A stretch of 63,942 nt of DNA, filler included, from Limisphaerales bacterium (GCA_044225505.1; 3 parts of 3 records of this genome joined end to end with filler, not necessarily neighbours in it); one strand, 5' to 3'; positions 18,476 to 28,875 are shown, counted from the whole stretch's first letter. Translations and numbers: made by a program. The notes: generated by a model from the letters alone, not told the origin.

Positions 18476-19420
18476 ATGATGAACCCGGTTTTACATTTGC
18501 TTCTCGGAATTGCCGTTGTGCTGCTGACCAGTTGCGGCAAACCACCTGGGGAATCAGCTCCCTCCACGGGACGGTTGTTCGCAGTTTCGTTGCAGACAAT
18601 GAACAACCCTTTCTTCGTGGAGCTGAACGAAGGCATTAAGAAGGTTGTGGAATCGCATGGCGACCGGTTGGTGACGCTCGACGCCCAGTTCAACAGCCTC
18701 AAACAAAAAGGCGACGTCGCTGATGTGCTCCAGCAAAAGCCAGCTGCGGTATTCCTGAATCCGGTTAACTGGGAAGGAGTCAAAGGCACCCTTGTTGAAG
18801 CCAAGCGTCAGAACGTTCCCATTGTGGTGGTGGATGCCCCCGTGAGTGACCGCGACCTTGTTCTGTGTCAAGTGGCCAGCGACAATGTTGAAGCAGGTCG
18901 ATTGGCTTGCGAGGCGTTGGCGAAAGTTAAGCCGAATGCTCAACTCGTGATCGTCCATTACTCGGTGAACAAGGCCTGCATCGACCGAGTGGACGGGTTT
19001 AAGTCGGAAATGGCAAAGCATCCTGGAATGAAGACCCTGGACGTCCGAGATGCCCAAGGTTCCACCGAAGCTGTCCGTCCCGTCATGCGTGACATGCTGG
19101 GGCGATTTCCAAATCTAGACGCCGTATTTCCGATTAACGATCCCGGCGCGCTGGGCTGCATTTCAGCCATCGAGTCTGCCGGGCGCGCCGGCCAGGTCAC
19201 CGTGGTTACTGTGGACGGATCGCAGGAAGGCGTCCGCGCAATCCTGGCAGGAAAACTCCACAGCACATCGGCGCAGTTTCCTAAAGAGATCGGCAAAGTC
19301 GCCGCCGAAAAGGCTTACGATCACCTGGCCGGCAAACCGGTGGAGAAGGACATCAAAGTGCCAGTCAAGCTCATCACTCGCGAGAACGCAGAGGAATTTC
19401 TCAAAAAGGGTGTGGAGTGA
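18476..19420 (+). CDS. Sugar ABC transporter substrate-binding lipoprotein (RbsB-like)
   Basis: Lipobox LTSC; NNPFFV, IPVV-like VPIVVVD, VASDNVEAG, R..GF, INDPGALG, VDG. Confidence 0.93.
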   Translation: MMNPVLHLLLGIAVVLLTSCGKPPGESAPSTGRLFAVSLQTMNNPFFVELNEGIKKVVESHGDRLVTLDAQFNSLKQKGDVADVLQQKPAAVFLNPVNWEGVKGTLVEAKRQNVPIVVVDAPVSDRDLVLCQVASDNVEAGRLACEALAKVKPNAQLVIVHYSVNKACIDRVDGFKSEMAKHPGMKTLDVRDAQGSTEAVRPVMRDMLGRFPNLDAVFPINDPGALGCISAIESAGRAGQVTVVTVDGSQEGVRAILAGKLHSTSAQFPKEIGKVAAEKAYDHLAGKPVEKDIKVPVKLITRENAEEFLKKGVE

Positions 19421-20904
19421 TTCTTACCGAAAGCCCTACGCTCCTGCAGTTGCGTGGCCTCACCAAACGGTTTGGTGGGGTCCGGGCCTTGGATAGCGTG
19501 GACTTCGAGTTGCGGGCCGGAGAGATTCATGCGCTGCTGGGCGAGAATGGCGCTGGCAAGTCTACCCTCATTAAGATCCTTGGCGGCATCCATCCCCCGG
19601 ACGGTGGCAACATCATTTACGAAGGGCAAGCCGTCGCTATCGAAAACGTGGCTGCCGCGGACCGGTTAGGAATTCGGGTCATCCATCAGGAGCTGTCACT
19701 CGCCCCGAACTTATCGGTGGCGGAAAACATCTTTCTCGGGCGTGAGCCGTCCCGGTTTGGCCTGTTGGATCGCCCCCGCATGATCCGCGATGCGGAGCGG
19801 TTGCGAGACGAGCTGGGTCTGCGTGAAATCGGAGACGTGACCCACCTGGTGAAACAACTGAGTGTCGCGAAGCAGCAACTGGTCGAGATTGCGCGAGCGC
19901 TCTCGGTTCAGGCGCGCATCTTGATCCTGGACGAACCGACGGCGTCACTTTCGGAAGCGGAAACCGAGAGACTGTTCGAAACTTTGCTCCAACTTAAGGC
20001 GCAAGGAGTGGGTATTATCTACATTTCGCACCGGCTGGAGGAGATCCAGCGATTGGCTGGGCGGGTGACCGTATTGCGGGACGGGAGAACGGTCGGGACG
20101 CAGTCCGTCCCCGCGATCGATCAGTCCGAACTCATCCGCTGGATGGTTGGACGTGAACTCGCGGAACACTACCCGCGACCGCCCTGGCGGCCGGGTGAGG
20201 TTGCGCTTGAGGTGCAGTGCTTGCGGAACGCGCACGTGAAGGAAGTCAGTTTCCAACTCCACTACGGTGAGGTGCTCGGTTTTGCAGGGCTCGTTGGCTC
20301 CGGACGCACGGAGCTGGCACAAACGCTCTTTGGTGTTTTGCCGGTGGAGAGCGGCCACATCGTGATCGATGGGCGTCGCAAAACGTTTCGCCGGCCGAGT
20401 GACGCGCTCGCCGCAGGTATCGTCCTGGTGCCGGAGGACCGGAAGCGACAGGGACTCGTCATGACGGACTCGGTTGCCTTCAACCTGGCATTGCCGCAGA
20501 CGCGCGCGGGGTATGTGAATGCATCGCGTCGAGCTGAGATCGTTGGCCGTGCGATACGGGATTTTGCGATCAAAGCCACGGGGCCCGATCAACCGGTCAC
20601 AAACCTCTCCGGCGGCAACCAGCAAAAGGTCGTCGTCGCAAAATGGATGGAGCGGCGGCCGAAGATTTTGATTTTGGACGAACCTACGCGAGGCGTCGAT
20701 GTCGGCGCCCGTGAAGAGATGTTTGGGATCATTCGGCGTGCCGTCGAGCAAGGCATGGCCGTGCTGTTAATCTCCTCGGATCTCCCGGAGGTGATGAATC
20801 TGTCTCATCGACTTGCCCTCTATCGCGAAGGTCGAATCGTGCGCGAAACACCCTCAATGGAGATCACCGCCGAAGAAGTCATGGCGGTGTTAACCCGGAA
20901 CTGA
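19417..20904 (+). CDS. Sugar ABC transporter ATP-binding protein (RbsA-like, two ABC domains)
   Basis: GENGAGKS, LDEPT twice, YISHRL, LSGGNQQKV. Confidence 0.96.
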   Translation: MILTESPTLLQLRGLTKRFGGVRALDSVDFELRAGEIHALLGENGAGKSTLIKILGGIHPPDGGNIIYEGQAVAIENVAAADRLGIRVIHQELSLAPNLSVAENIFLGREPSRFGLLDRPRMIRDAERLRDELGLREIGDVTHLVKQLSVAKQQLVEIARALSVQARILILDEPTASLSEAETERLFETLLQLKAQGVGIIYISHRLEEIQRLAGRVTVLRDGRTVGTQSVPAIDQSELIRWMVGRELAEHYPRPPWRPGEVALEVQCLRNAHVKEVSFQLHYGEVLGFAGLVGSGRTELAQTLFGVLPVESGHIVIDGRRKTFRRPSDALAAGIVLVPEDRKRQGLVMTDSVAFNLALPQTRAGYVNASRRAEIVGRAIRDFAIKATGPDQPVTNLSGGNQQKVVVAKWMERRPKILILDEPTRGVDVGAREEMFGIIRRAVEQGMAVLLISSDLPEVMNLSHRLALYREGRIVRETPSMEITAEEVMAVLTRN

Positions 20905-20906
20905 CG

Positions 20907-21839
20907 ATGAAGATACTGCGTCAATTTCTGCCCCTCCTGATCGCAGTCGTCCTGCTGGTCGGGTTCTTCGCCTTTCTCGTTCCGGGCGGGCGCTTCCTGA
21001 CTGTTGGCAATCTGCTCGATCTGACCCAGCAGATTTCGGTCAACGGGATTCTCGCTTTTGGCATGACGCTGGCGATATTGATTGGGGGGATCGACCTGAG
21101 TGTTGGTGCTGTGGTGGCACTCGCTGGCACGGTCGCCGTCTCCGTCCTACCGAGCACTGGCTGGCTGGGAGCGGCCATGGCGGGGATTGGCATCGCAGCC
21201 ACTTTTGGCCTGGTCAACGGGATTTGTGCCGCCCGCACGCGCATGCCGCCGTTCATTATTACACTGGCGACGATGTTGGTAGCGCGCGGCATCGCATTGC
21301 GTTTCAATGAAGGTCGACCCTTGCCAATCCCGGATTCGCAAACGGCTTTCCTGGCGCTGGGCAACGCGAGGGCCTTTGGAATTTTGCCCATGCCAGCAAT
21401 AATTATGATCGGCGCCTTCGCACTGACAGCTGCGTTATTGCACCGGACTGCCTTTGGCCAGCACCTTTACGCGATTGGGGGCAATCGAGAAGCAGCGCGT
21501 TACGTCGGAATCCCGTTGGGACGCCGGGAAGTCGCTGTTTACGTGCTTTGCTCCGCCTTGGCGGGTCTGGCCGGACTGATTCATGCGTCGCAGCTTTACT
21601 CGGCGGAGCCAGCGTCGGGGCAGGGGTTTGAGTTAAACGCGATCGCCGCTGTGGTGGTGGGCGGAACAAGTTTTACGGGGGGCGTGGGTTCGATCATCGG
21701 GACTTTGATCGGCGCAGTCATCATTGGCATCCTTGACAAAGGTCTTAATCAAGTCGGGGTTCATTTCTCTTTGCAGTATGTTTTTAAGGGACTCGTGATC
21801 CTGGGAGCTGTCTACCTTGATGTGCGAAGGCGTAAATGA
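20907..21839 (+). CDS. Sugar ABC transporter permease (RbsC-like)
   Basis: GGIDLSVG, PPFIITLA, GGNREAA, ELNAIAAVVVGGTS. Confidence 0.96.
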   Translation: MKILRQFLPLLIAVVLLVGFFAFLVPGGRFLTVGNLLDLTQQISVNGILAFGMTLAILIGGIDLSVGAVVALAGTVAVSVLPSTGWLGAAMAGIGIAATFGLVNGICAARTRMPPFIITLATMLVARGIALRFNEGRPLPIPDSQTAFLALGNARAFGILPMPAIIMIGAFALTAALLHRTAFGQHLYAIGGNREAARYVGIPLGRREVAVYVLCSALAGLAGLIHASQLYSAEPASGQGFELNAIAAVVVGGTSFTGGVGSIIGTLIGAVIIGILDKGLNQVGVHFSLQYVFKGLVILGAVYLDVRRRK

Positions 21840-22321
21840 ATTCTCCCACATTAAGCCATCCAATCCCATTTCATTGGCATGCCGTCCAAGCTCGTGTCGT
21901 CCAAGGGCATCGCGTGGCCTCCGGTCAAAATGGCAATCCGTTGTTTCCTGGAGGCACGTTGCGGATGCAAGCACCGTTCTTTCGGGCGCTCGGCCTGGAC
22001 TTGAGCCTTTACCACGGTGGGACTTTGAACGTCAGCATCGCGCCGCGGCGCTACCGAGTCGTGGCCCCGCGACTCACACTTCGTCATGTTAAATGGCACC
22101 CGTCTGAACCACCCGAAGACTTTTCGTTCTTCGACATTCGCTTGCTCGGCGACGGTGTGGATCCGGTCGCCGGGCTGATCTACTTTCCGCATCCGGAGAC
22201 CAAGCCCGCCCATTTTCAGAAACCGGACGTTCTGGAGTTGCTTCTCCCTTTCGTTAAGGACCTGGCCTACGGCCTGGAGGTCCGATTCGAGGTGCCATGC
22301 GAGCAAATGGTTATTGCCTAA
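21836..22321 (+). CDS. Hypothetical protein, possible CTP-dependent riboflavin-kinase-like fold
   Basis: VVQGHRVASG..GGTLNV..VLELLLP pattern recalls archaeal RibK (G.V.SG.G.G / PGTLN / ElIaP). ATGA overlap with the permease stop. Confidence 0.6.
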   Translation: MNSPTLSHPIPFHWHAVQARVVQGHRVASGQNGNPLFPGGTLRMQAPFFRALGLDLSLYHGGTLNVSIAPRRYRVVAPRLTLRHVKWHPSEPPEDFSFFDIRLLGDGVDPVAGLIYFPHPETKPAHFQKPDVLELLLPFVKDLAYGLEVRFEVPCEQMVIA

Positions 22322-22553
22322 TCCCGCGCCGTGGCGATCCGCCCGGTGAGTTCACGCGAAGGTGATGCGGCCATGGACACCCATTGGGCGGATCCACAGG
22401 GTGGCTGAGTGTCAGGGGACGGAATAGATTGACAGACAAGTTAGAAGGAGAAGAATCCTTGGTGTTCCGGTGATGCTCCACAGAACACCTCGAACGGAAT
22501 GCCGCTGGAACGTTGTACCCATGAACTGGGCCGAGTTAACTTCACTGGTATCC

Positions 22554-24836
22554 ATGAAATCATTGATTTCCATCGTCGGATTTTTGGTCGCCATCCTGCC
22601 TCACCTGTCTGTCTCTGCTGCGGAACCTGCTTACCTGGACCTGAAGCCGCTGTTTGACACGGACGTGTTCCTGGAGACGGGCGGTGCGGGTTTGAGCCCG
22701 GAACTAGACGCCACACATCGGCGCATTGACGCTGGAAGCCTCCCTGCATCGTTCAGTGACGGGACCGTGGTAACCACGGTCGATGGTGCGGCTCGTTTTA
22801 AGTTGGCGCCATTGAAACTTGCGAGCTTGGATGCCCTAAAAGTCCACGGCCAGTTGTTGGATGTTCCAGATGGCAGCTACCGATCGGTCGACCTCGCCAT
22901 CCTGGCCGCACCGGGTAGCTACGCTGACCCGTTTTCTGTCGTCACTTTTCGCTACCTCGATGGAACAGAAGAAAAACAACGGCTTGGGCCTGTGCCAGGG
23001 TGGTTTGCCAGCCCGACGGCCTTTGATCACACTTGGTTCAACTACACGGATAGCAGCAGCGTGCAGACGCTCGTCTCGTTCAAGACGGACGGGGGCGACG
23101 ACGAGGCCGTCTACCTTGCTCAGGCCCAAGGCAACGGCAACTCCGGCGGAAACCGCTTCGTCGACGCAGCAGGATATGCTCTCTACCGGATCCCCATTAC
23201 GTCCGACATCACGGCAGCGACTTTGGGAATTACGGTCGGCAACAATTTTGTCGTCTCACTCGCGACGGAGTTTCACGACCCCGCCGAATCGGTGACCGAC
23301 GGGTATACCGAAGTACTCAATTCTATGAAACTCTACGAAGGTTTTGAACACCGCGCGCTGGGCAACCTAAAGCTTTACGAGGTGGATTTGCAGCCGTATC
23401 TCGCCAAAAAGAGCGGCGAGATTTACGTTCTCTTCACAGACGCTACCCCGAACAACGGTTGGGGCCCTTATATGCAGAACTTAAGCGTCTACACGGGGCA
23501 GAACGTCACCTTCGCGCAAACCCTGATTCCTAATCTCAAGACAAACAACGCCACCGTTTATGCCGCCTTCCTAACAGACGGCGGCGTGGCGGAAAAACCC
23601 TATCTCTACGACAACAGCGGGTCAGGTCCCTCCAACCGACATCATAGATTTGCCGACGGCAGCGGATCGATCACCTACCGATTTGATCTGCCCGACGACG
23701 TCGACTCCGCGAAACTGACGGTTGATATGGCGAACAATTTCGTGGTTTCGATCTCGGGCTCTTCCTCCTTAGTCCGCTACGCTCATGTTTCCGCGGGCGA
23801 AGCGGCGGAAAAGGATTTTCTAGTCGACGACGGCAACAGCGTTCTGGGGTCCGGATTTCGGTTTGCTGATGGCGGTGCCTACATGGTGGGCGGTGCCTAC
23901 ATGGTGTATCAGTTCGATCTGCCGGACGACGTGACTTCGGCCGTGGCACAAATCAGCGTGGGGAACCAGTTCGTGGTTGGCTTGGCCGGTCCGGACGGCG
24001 AATTCGAAACGGTCAAGGACTGGGTCGCCGAGACCGGGGCAGAGCCGCGAGATCTTAGCAACTTCAGCGTTTATGAGTTTCCGCTGGCGACCTATCTAAA
24101 AAACAACCCTCAGAAAGTCATTCGCATACGATTGTCCGACGGTCAGCCAGGGGATGGCTGGGGCCCTTACCTGACGGGCATCACGATCGCTAACGAAGGG
24201 GGTACTGGGCAGCAATCCTTTAGCAAAATGCTCAATGCGCAAGAGTTGTTCGGCGCCGACGTGCATGACGAGTTTAACAAAGGTTACTACACCATCGATT
24301 TGAGTTCCGTTCTCACGGTCGCGAACTCCAAGAAGGAGGTCTATGTTAAGTTCACAGACCAGAGCACCGGAGATGGGTGGGGACCGGGCATCTTCTGGAT
24401 GGCCGTCTATCGTGGAGCGATCGAAATTGAAACGGACGGACCGGTCTTCGACCACCTAAAGACGTTAGACAGCGAGCCAGCTTACAACGGTGTGAACCTG
24501 CTCCGTCGTTCTTACCCCCTGGCACCGGGCAAGGTCCTCCGCGAAATCCAGTTGCCGCAGGGGGCAGCGCTCGAGACGAGCAGTGTCTACCTTCTCGCCG
24601 CAACCCTAAACTCGCCGCCGGTCGCAGGGCAACCAACCCTTCGTGTGGAACTCCAAGGCAACGCGATCCAGCTTTCCTGGCCGTCCGCTGTCGTCGGAGC
24701 TGTCCTCCAATCAACGTCGGCTCTCGGCCAGGCTTGGAGTGTTGACACCACCCCCACGAATGTCCAGGGGAGTGACGTCGTTGCTAAGATCACGCTCAAC
24801 GGACAGGCAAGGTTTTACCGCCTGAGCACGCCATAG
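22554..24836 (+). CDS. Secreted multi-domain beta-sandwich protein, probably carbohydrate-binding, with C-terminal FYRL domain
   Basis: Signal MKSLISIVGFLVAILPHLSVSA; three copies of an RFxD..Y.F.LP..NxFVV..GWGP module; no catalytic motif recognised. Confidence 0.8.
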   Translation: MKSLISIVGFLVAILPHLSVSAAEPAYLDLKPLFDTDVFLETGGAGLSPELDATHRRIDAGSLPASFSDGTVVTTVDGAARFKLAPLKLASLDALKVHGQLLDVPDGSYRSVDLAILAAPGSYADPFSVVTFRYLDGTEEKQRLGPVPGWFASPTAFDHTWFNYTDSSSVQTLVSFKTDGGDDEAVYLAQAQGNGNSGGNRFVDAAGYALYRIPITSDITAATLGITVGNNFVVSLATEFHDPAESVTDGYTEVLNSMKLYEGFEHRALGNLKLYEVDLQPYLAKKSGEIYVLFTDATPNNGWGPYMQNLSVYTGQNVTFAQTLIPNLKTNNATVYAAFLTDGGVAEKPYLYDNSGSGPSNRHHRFADGSGSITYRFDLPDDVDSAKLTVDMANNFVVSISGSSSLVRYAHVSAGEAAEKDFLVDDGNSVLGSGFRFADGGAYMVGGAYMVYQFDLPDDVTSAVAQISVGNQFVVGLAGPDGEFETVKDWVAETGAEPRDLSNFSVYEFPLATYLKNNPQKVIRIRLSDGQPGDGWGPYLTGITIANEGGTGQQSFSKMLNAQELFGADVHDEFNKGYYTIDLSSVLTVANSKKEVYVKFTDQSTGDGWGPGIFWMAVYRGAIEIETDGPVFDHLKTLDSEPAYNGVNLLRRSYPLAPGKVLREIQLPQGAALETSSVYLLAATLNSPPVAGQPTLRVELQGNAIQLSWPSAVVGAVLQSTSALGQAWSVDTTPTNVQGSDVVAKITLNGQARFYRLSTP
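23871..23906 (+). repeat. Perfect in-frame 18-bp tandem duplication (GGAYMV x2)
   Basis: GGCGGTGCCTACATGGTG occurs twice consecutively. Confidence 0.95.
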
Positions 24837-24945
24837 CCGAACGGTCAACAATGGCCAAATGAAGGTTGAAGTTGCCACTCCGGCATCGCGGAGTTTTAAA
24901 ACACACATCCAGGGCTTGGGTTATCTCGGTAAATAGGTCGGCTTC

Positions 24946-25827
24946 TCACGAAACAAAAATTTTGTCCATCCGACCCGCCAAATCGCGGGCGGAATTCAAA
25001 TCAGAGGCCTGCTCCGCGGGTTGCTCCGAGATTGCCCAGCCTGAATAGCCAGCGCTATCCAACGCTTTCATGACCTCCGGCCAGTTGGTATCGCCATCCA
25101 GCAATTTGGGACGTGGGGGAGCTTTGGCTCCCGGCGCCACAGGCTTGGCACGGAAATCTTTGATGTGGATTTTGATAATCCGGCTCCCAAGCATTCGAAT
25201 CCACTTTTCCGCCGGCCCGAAGCGCCCGGCATTCCCGATATCAAAATGCCAGCCCACCCATTCGCTATTGATGGCGTCGAGGTATTGATTCGCTTGTTCA
25301 GGGGAAAGGATGAAGTTATTTCCGACGTTCTCGATGGCGATTTTCACGCCTGTGTCCTTGGCGATGGGAATGGCCTTTCGGATCTGCTCTAGCGAGCGAT
25401 CGAAGCACTGTTGGTAGGACACACCGTCCTTGGCAACGCCCGGCACCAGCAAGACACTCGAGGCGCCGTAGGCTTGGGCGTCGTGCAGACTTTGAACCAG
25501 ACCGTCGAATCCGATCTTGCGAGTCGCTTCATCCGGTGCCGAGAGGGGCTTTTCCCAATGCGTATGACAGCAGACGCTCGCCGCTTGCAGGCCCGTTTCT
25601 TTTAATGCCGCCAGCACTTCGTCGCGATCCATCCCGCCCATCGGTTCTACTCCCGCAAATCCCGCCTCTCTCATCACGCGGTATTTTTCGAGCACCGACC
25701 CGGTCACGCCGATTGTCGAATGCATAATGGCCTTGCGCAGCCGACGGTTAGAAGCCGCCGAGGCGGTCGGCAGAAGCATGGCCGCGGTCGCGCTGGTGGT
25801 AATTCTGAGGAATAGTCGTCGGTTCAT
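24946..25827 (-). CDS. Tat-exported sugar-phosphate isomerase/epimerase (AP_endonuc_2 TIM barrel)
   Basis: MNRRLFL Tat signal; GFAGVE, LLVPG, IAIENV, HFDIGN, IHIKD. Confidence 0.9.
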   Translation of the reverse strand: MNRRLFLRITTSATAAMLLPTASAASNRRLRKAIMHSTIGVTGSVLEKYRVMREAGFAGVEPMGGMDRDEVLAALKETGLQAASVCCHTHWEKPLSAPDEATRKIGFDGLVQSLHDAQAYGASSVLLVPGVAKDGVSYQQCFDRSLEQIRKAIPIAKDTGVKIAIENVGNNFILSPEQANQYLDAINSEWVGWHFDIGNAGRFGPAEKWIRMLGSRIIKIHIKDFRAKPVAPGAKAPPRPKLLDGDTNWPEVMKALDSAGYSGWAISEQPAEQASDLNSARDLAGRMDKIFVS

Positions 25828-25846
25828 AAGAGTCTTCTGCCGGTTA

Positions 25847-26260
25847 TTACGAAGCCCGCAAAATATCGTCCCAGCCTTCGCGATACCTTGGACGTTTGAT
25901 AAAAGGTGTTGCTTCCGCCGCGTTCCTTGCGCGCAGCCCCTGGTAGTCCCACTCGATCTTCTTCCCTGTTCGGTAAGCCACATTGCCCAGGTGGTTCGCT
26001 TCCGTTGTCCAGCCGGAATACTGAAAATTGGAGCGCGGGGCTGGCCCGTTACCCTTGGCATGATTCACCCATTCTACCCAGTGGCCAGGCGACCGTGGCA
26101 GAGTTTCGGGAGGCGATTGAAAATCTTTGAACGATTCCTCCGGGAGGAGCTTGCCATTGCCGAGCAACTTGCCTTTTTCCCCAATGAATACGCATGAGCG
26201 TCCACCCCATGCGGGTTGCCACCCGTCTGGTTTACTGTCCCCTTGATGCCAGACGAGCTT
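25847..26260 (-). CDS. Gfo/Idh/MocA oxidoreductase, C-terminal fragment (5' truncated by contig end)
   Basis: Frame is open to the gap: KLVWHQG..FIGEKG..HWVEWV..SNFQYSGWTTEANHLGNVAYRTGKKIEWD..YREGW. Confidence 0.85.
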   Translation of the reverse strand, partial: KLVWHQGDSKPDGWQPAWGGRSCVFIGEKGKLLGNGKLLPEESFKDFQSPPETLPRSPGHWVEWVNHAKGNGPAPRSNFQYSGWTTEANHLGNVAYRTGKKIEWDYQGLRARNAAEATPFIKRPRYREGWDDILRAS

Positions 26261-26360
26261 NNNNNNNNNNNNNNNNNNNNNNNNNNNNNNNNNNNNNNNN
26301 NNNNTTAATTAATTAANNNNNNNNNNNNNNNNNNNNNNNNNNNNNNNNNNNNNNNNNNNN
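26261..26360. other. Artificial contig linker
   Basis: N44-TTAATTAATTAA-N44, with stops in all six frames; genes on both sides are truncated. Confidence 0.98.
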
Positions 26361-26735
26361 ATCTGTCCGACGCAAGGCCATAACGAGGTATTGAAACCGG
26401 TGCGTGACCGGGACGCTGTCGTGGACTCCAGGGGCGTTATCAAGCACCGGCGGCTGCGCCTCGCCGACCGGAATCGCACTTAGCACCACGACCCGATCCC
26501 CCGTCACAATCGGAGAAGAATGCCCTTTGCCAGGCAGCGCCACTTTCCACCGGACATTCGTGGATTCATTCCACGTAATCGGTGGATTTGCCGTTAACGA
26601 AACCCCTGACGCAAGCGGGCCACGCCATTGCATCCACGCTTCCGGTTTGACAACCGGCTCAGCGGCGGTGCCGTGTAGAGCTGTCCATAATACGACGACC
26701 AGAAACGGAACCATGCGACCTTCGGAAACGGGCAT
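26361..26735 (-). CDS. PQQ-like beta-propeller (BamB-like) protein, N-terminal fragment
   Basis: Signal peptide, WMQWRGP, NVRWKVALPGKGHSSPIV; runs into the gap. Confidence 0.85.
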
Positions 26736-27207
26736 GAAACAAAGACTACATCAACGAGCGAAAAACGCTAGAAGCCTGTTACCCAACTCGATCAGATTTG
26801 ATCCGATGGTTTCCTAACAGATCCCGCTGGCACAAAAACAGTTCCGAGCTCCGACCACAGACCTCGGACACGGCAACGGCCCTTATCGCAGACCGCTCGA
26901 GGATGTACCTGAAAACTCATCGCTAGGCTTGGCAACGCCTTCCCCGGCGCTTCGCAGAAGGCGCGAACCGTGATTAGCCCACCGCCAAACCGTCCGGGTG
27001 CAAAAGCCAAGAGTCTTCGCCACGTCACGGAAGGTTCCGTCGTGCGCCATGCAGACTACTTGTGTCAAACCTGAGATCCAAAGGATGCAGTGGAGTATTA
27101 GCATTTGACCGCGATCGTAGCGGAGGGGGTTGGACATCTACGGGGTAACCCGTGCCACGCAGTTTTTCTGTTCAGTCAACCGCCGATTCGTCAGAATCTT
27201 TCAGTCT

Positions 27208-28875
27208 ATGCGTACCCTTGCCGCTCGCTTCCGCAATGTCCTGCTCATCATGGTTCATGCCACCGTGCTCACCGCCGCTGCTGCCGATTCCAGCCGACCA
27301 CACGCGCAACCCATTTCTCCAGGAGTTGGAGACCTGTTTGAGGACGTCACTCAAAAAGTCACGATCGACTTCCGTCATCAGTTTTGTCACCGGCGCATAG
27401 CGAATATTTTGCTCTCCAACGGCTCCGGTGCAGCCGTGCTCGACTTTGATAACGACGGCTGGATGGATCTCTATTTTGTGAATTGGGGCCCGCTCGCAGG
27501 AGTGACCGACCCACAGTTTGCCGGAGCGCGAGAGTCCAATCGACTGTTCCGTAATCGTGGCGACGGGACTTTTGAAGACGTGACCGAGCGAGCAGGCGTC
27601 AGCGGGTCCGGATTTGGCAGCGCGGCAGCCGTTGGAGATTTCGATAACGATGGTTTTGCCGACATTTACGTGGTAAACATCGGCCAAAGTCGACTCTATC
27701 GAAATCGAGGGAACGGAACATTCGAAGATGTCACCGACAAGGCCGGAGTCGGCCATGCTGGCACCAGCGTATCGGCGGTGTTCTTCGATGCCGACAATGA
27801 TGGCGACCTCGATTTGTTCGTGGCTAACTACCTTTCTTACAAACCCGAGGCGGATTCCGAACAGAACCCGGGCGCTTATCCCGGTCCGCTCGCCTACCCA
27901 GGAGAGGTCAATCTCCTGTACCGAAATCGAGGGGACGGCACTTTCGAGGAGATCACTCAAGCCGCTGGTCTATCCACTCCCGGGCATCGGGCCATGTCTG
28001 TCACGGCGTTTGACGCTGACAATGACGGCGATGTGGATCTCTACGTATGCAACGATGATACGCCAAATCAACTTTGGCTAAACGACGGGCGCGGGCATTT
28101 CAGCGACGTAGCTCTGTCAGCGGGCGTCGCGTTCAATGCCATCGGGGAAGCTCCGGGTTCCATGAACGCCGCGGTGGGAGATGCGGACGGTGATGGCTGG
28201 CTGGATCTGTTCGTCACCCGCTTTGGCTACGATTCGTTTTACCTACGCACACATTCAAACCGCTACGAGGACCAAGTCTATCGGTCTGGTCTAGGGCGAT
28301 TAACCCAGAAGTATGTCGGCTGGGGTGGGTCCTTTCTCGACTTTGATAATGACGGCGATCTTGACCTGACGGTGGCAAATGGAAGTGCATTCGTTTTGGA
28401 AGGGACCGAAACGCTCCTTCTGGAAAACAATGGCAAAGGAGAGTTCACCGACAGGTCGACCAAAGGGGGCACCTGTTTTGGCACCCACATCAATGGGCGA
28501 GGAAATGCTGTGCTTGATTTTGACAACGACGGGCACATGGACTTGCTCATCACAGCCTTGGCGGATCGTCCCTACCTTCTCCGAAACCGCTCCCCCGCGC
28601 CGAATCACTGGCTGAAGTTAAGCCTCCAGGGAACTCGCAGCAATCGCAGCGGTCACGGCGCGCGTGTGACTCTCAAGTGTGGTCCGACGATCTTGACCGC
28701 GCAGACTGGATCAACTACCGGATTTCTCTGTCAAAGCGACCCAAGACTCCATTTCGGACTTGGCTCAAGGACCATGGTTGATGCGCTCGAGGTTCGGTGG
28801 CCGAGTGGCACTGTTCAAACGCTGCAATCGATTCGCTCGGACCAAATCCTGACCATCCGCGAGCCTAACCCTTGA
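27208..28875 (+). CDS. CRTAC1-family protein (FG-GAP/VCBS repeats + ASPIC/UnbV)
   Basis: Multiple DFDNDGxxDL and RNRGDGTFEDVT repeats; C-terminal NHWLKLSLQG..GARV..QSDPRLHFGLG..VRWPSG. Confidence 0.93.
   Translation: MRTLAARFRNVLLIMVHATVLTAAAADSSRPHAQPISPGVGDLFEDVTQKVTIDFRHQFCHRRIANILLSNGSGAAVLDFDNDGWMDLYFVNWGPLAGVTDPQFAGARESNRLFRNRGDGTFEDVTERAGVSGSGFGSAAAVGDFDNDGFADIYVVNIGQSRLYRNRGNGTFEDVTDKAGVGHAGTSVSAVFFDADNDGDLDLFVANYLSYKPEADSEQNPGAYPGPLAYPGEVNLLYRNRGDGTFEEITQAAGLSTPGHRAMSVTAFDADNDGDVDLYVCNDDTPNQLWLNDGRGHFSDVALSAGVAFNAIGEAPGSMNAAVGDADGDGWLDLFVTRFGYDSFYLRTHSNRYEDQVYRSGLGRLTQKYVGWGGSFLDFDNDGDLDLTVANGSAFVLEGTETLLLENNGKGEFTDRSTKGGTCFGTHINGRGNAVLDFDNDGHMDLLITALADRPYLLRNRSPAPNHWLKLSLQGTRSNRSGHGARVTLKCGPTILTAQTGSTTGFLCQSDPRLHFGLGSRTMVDALEVRWPSGTVQTLQSIRSDQILTIREPNP

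Noticed and set aside
26261..26360. TTAATTAATTAA palindrome within N runs (also 52591-52690)
   Set aside because: Identical synthetic six-frame-stop linker; not biological. Cross-gap gene neighbourhoods were not interpreted.
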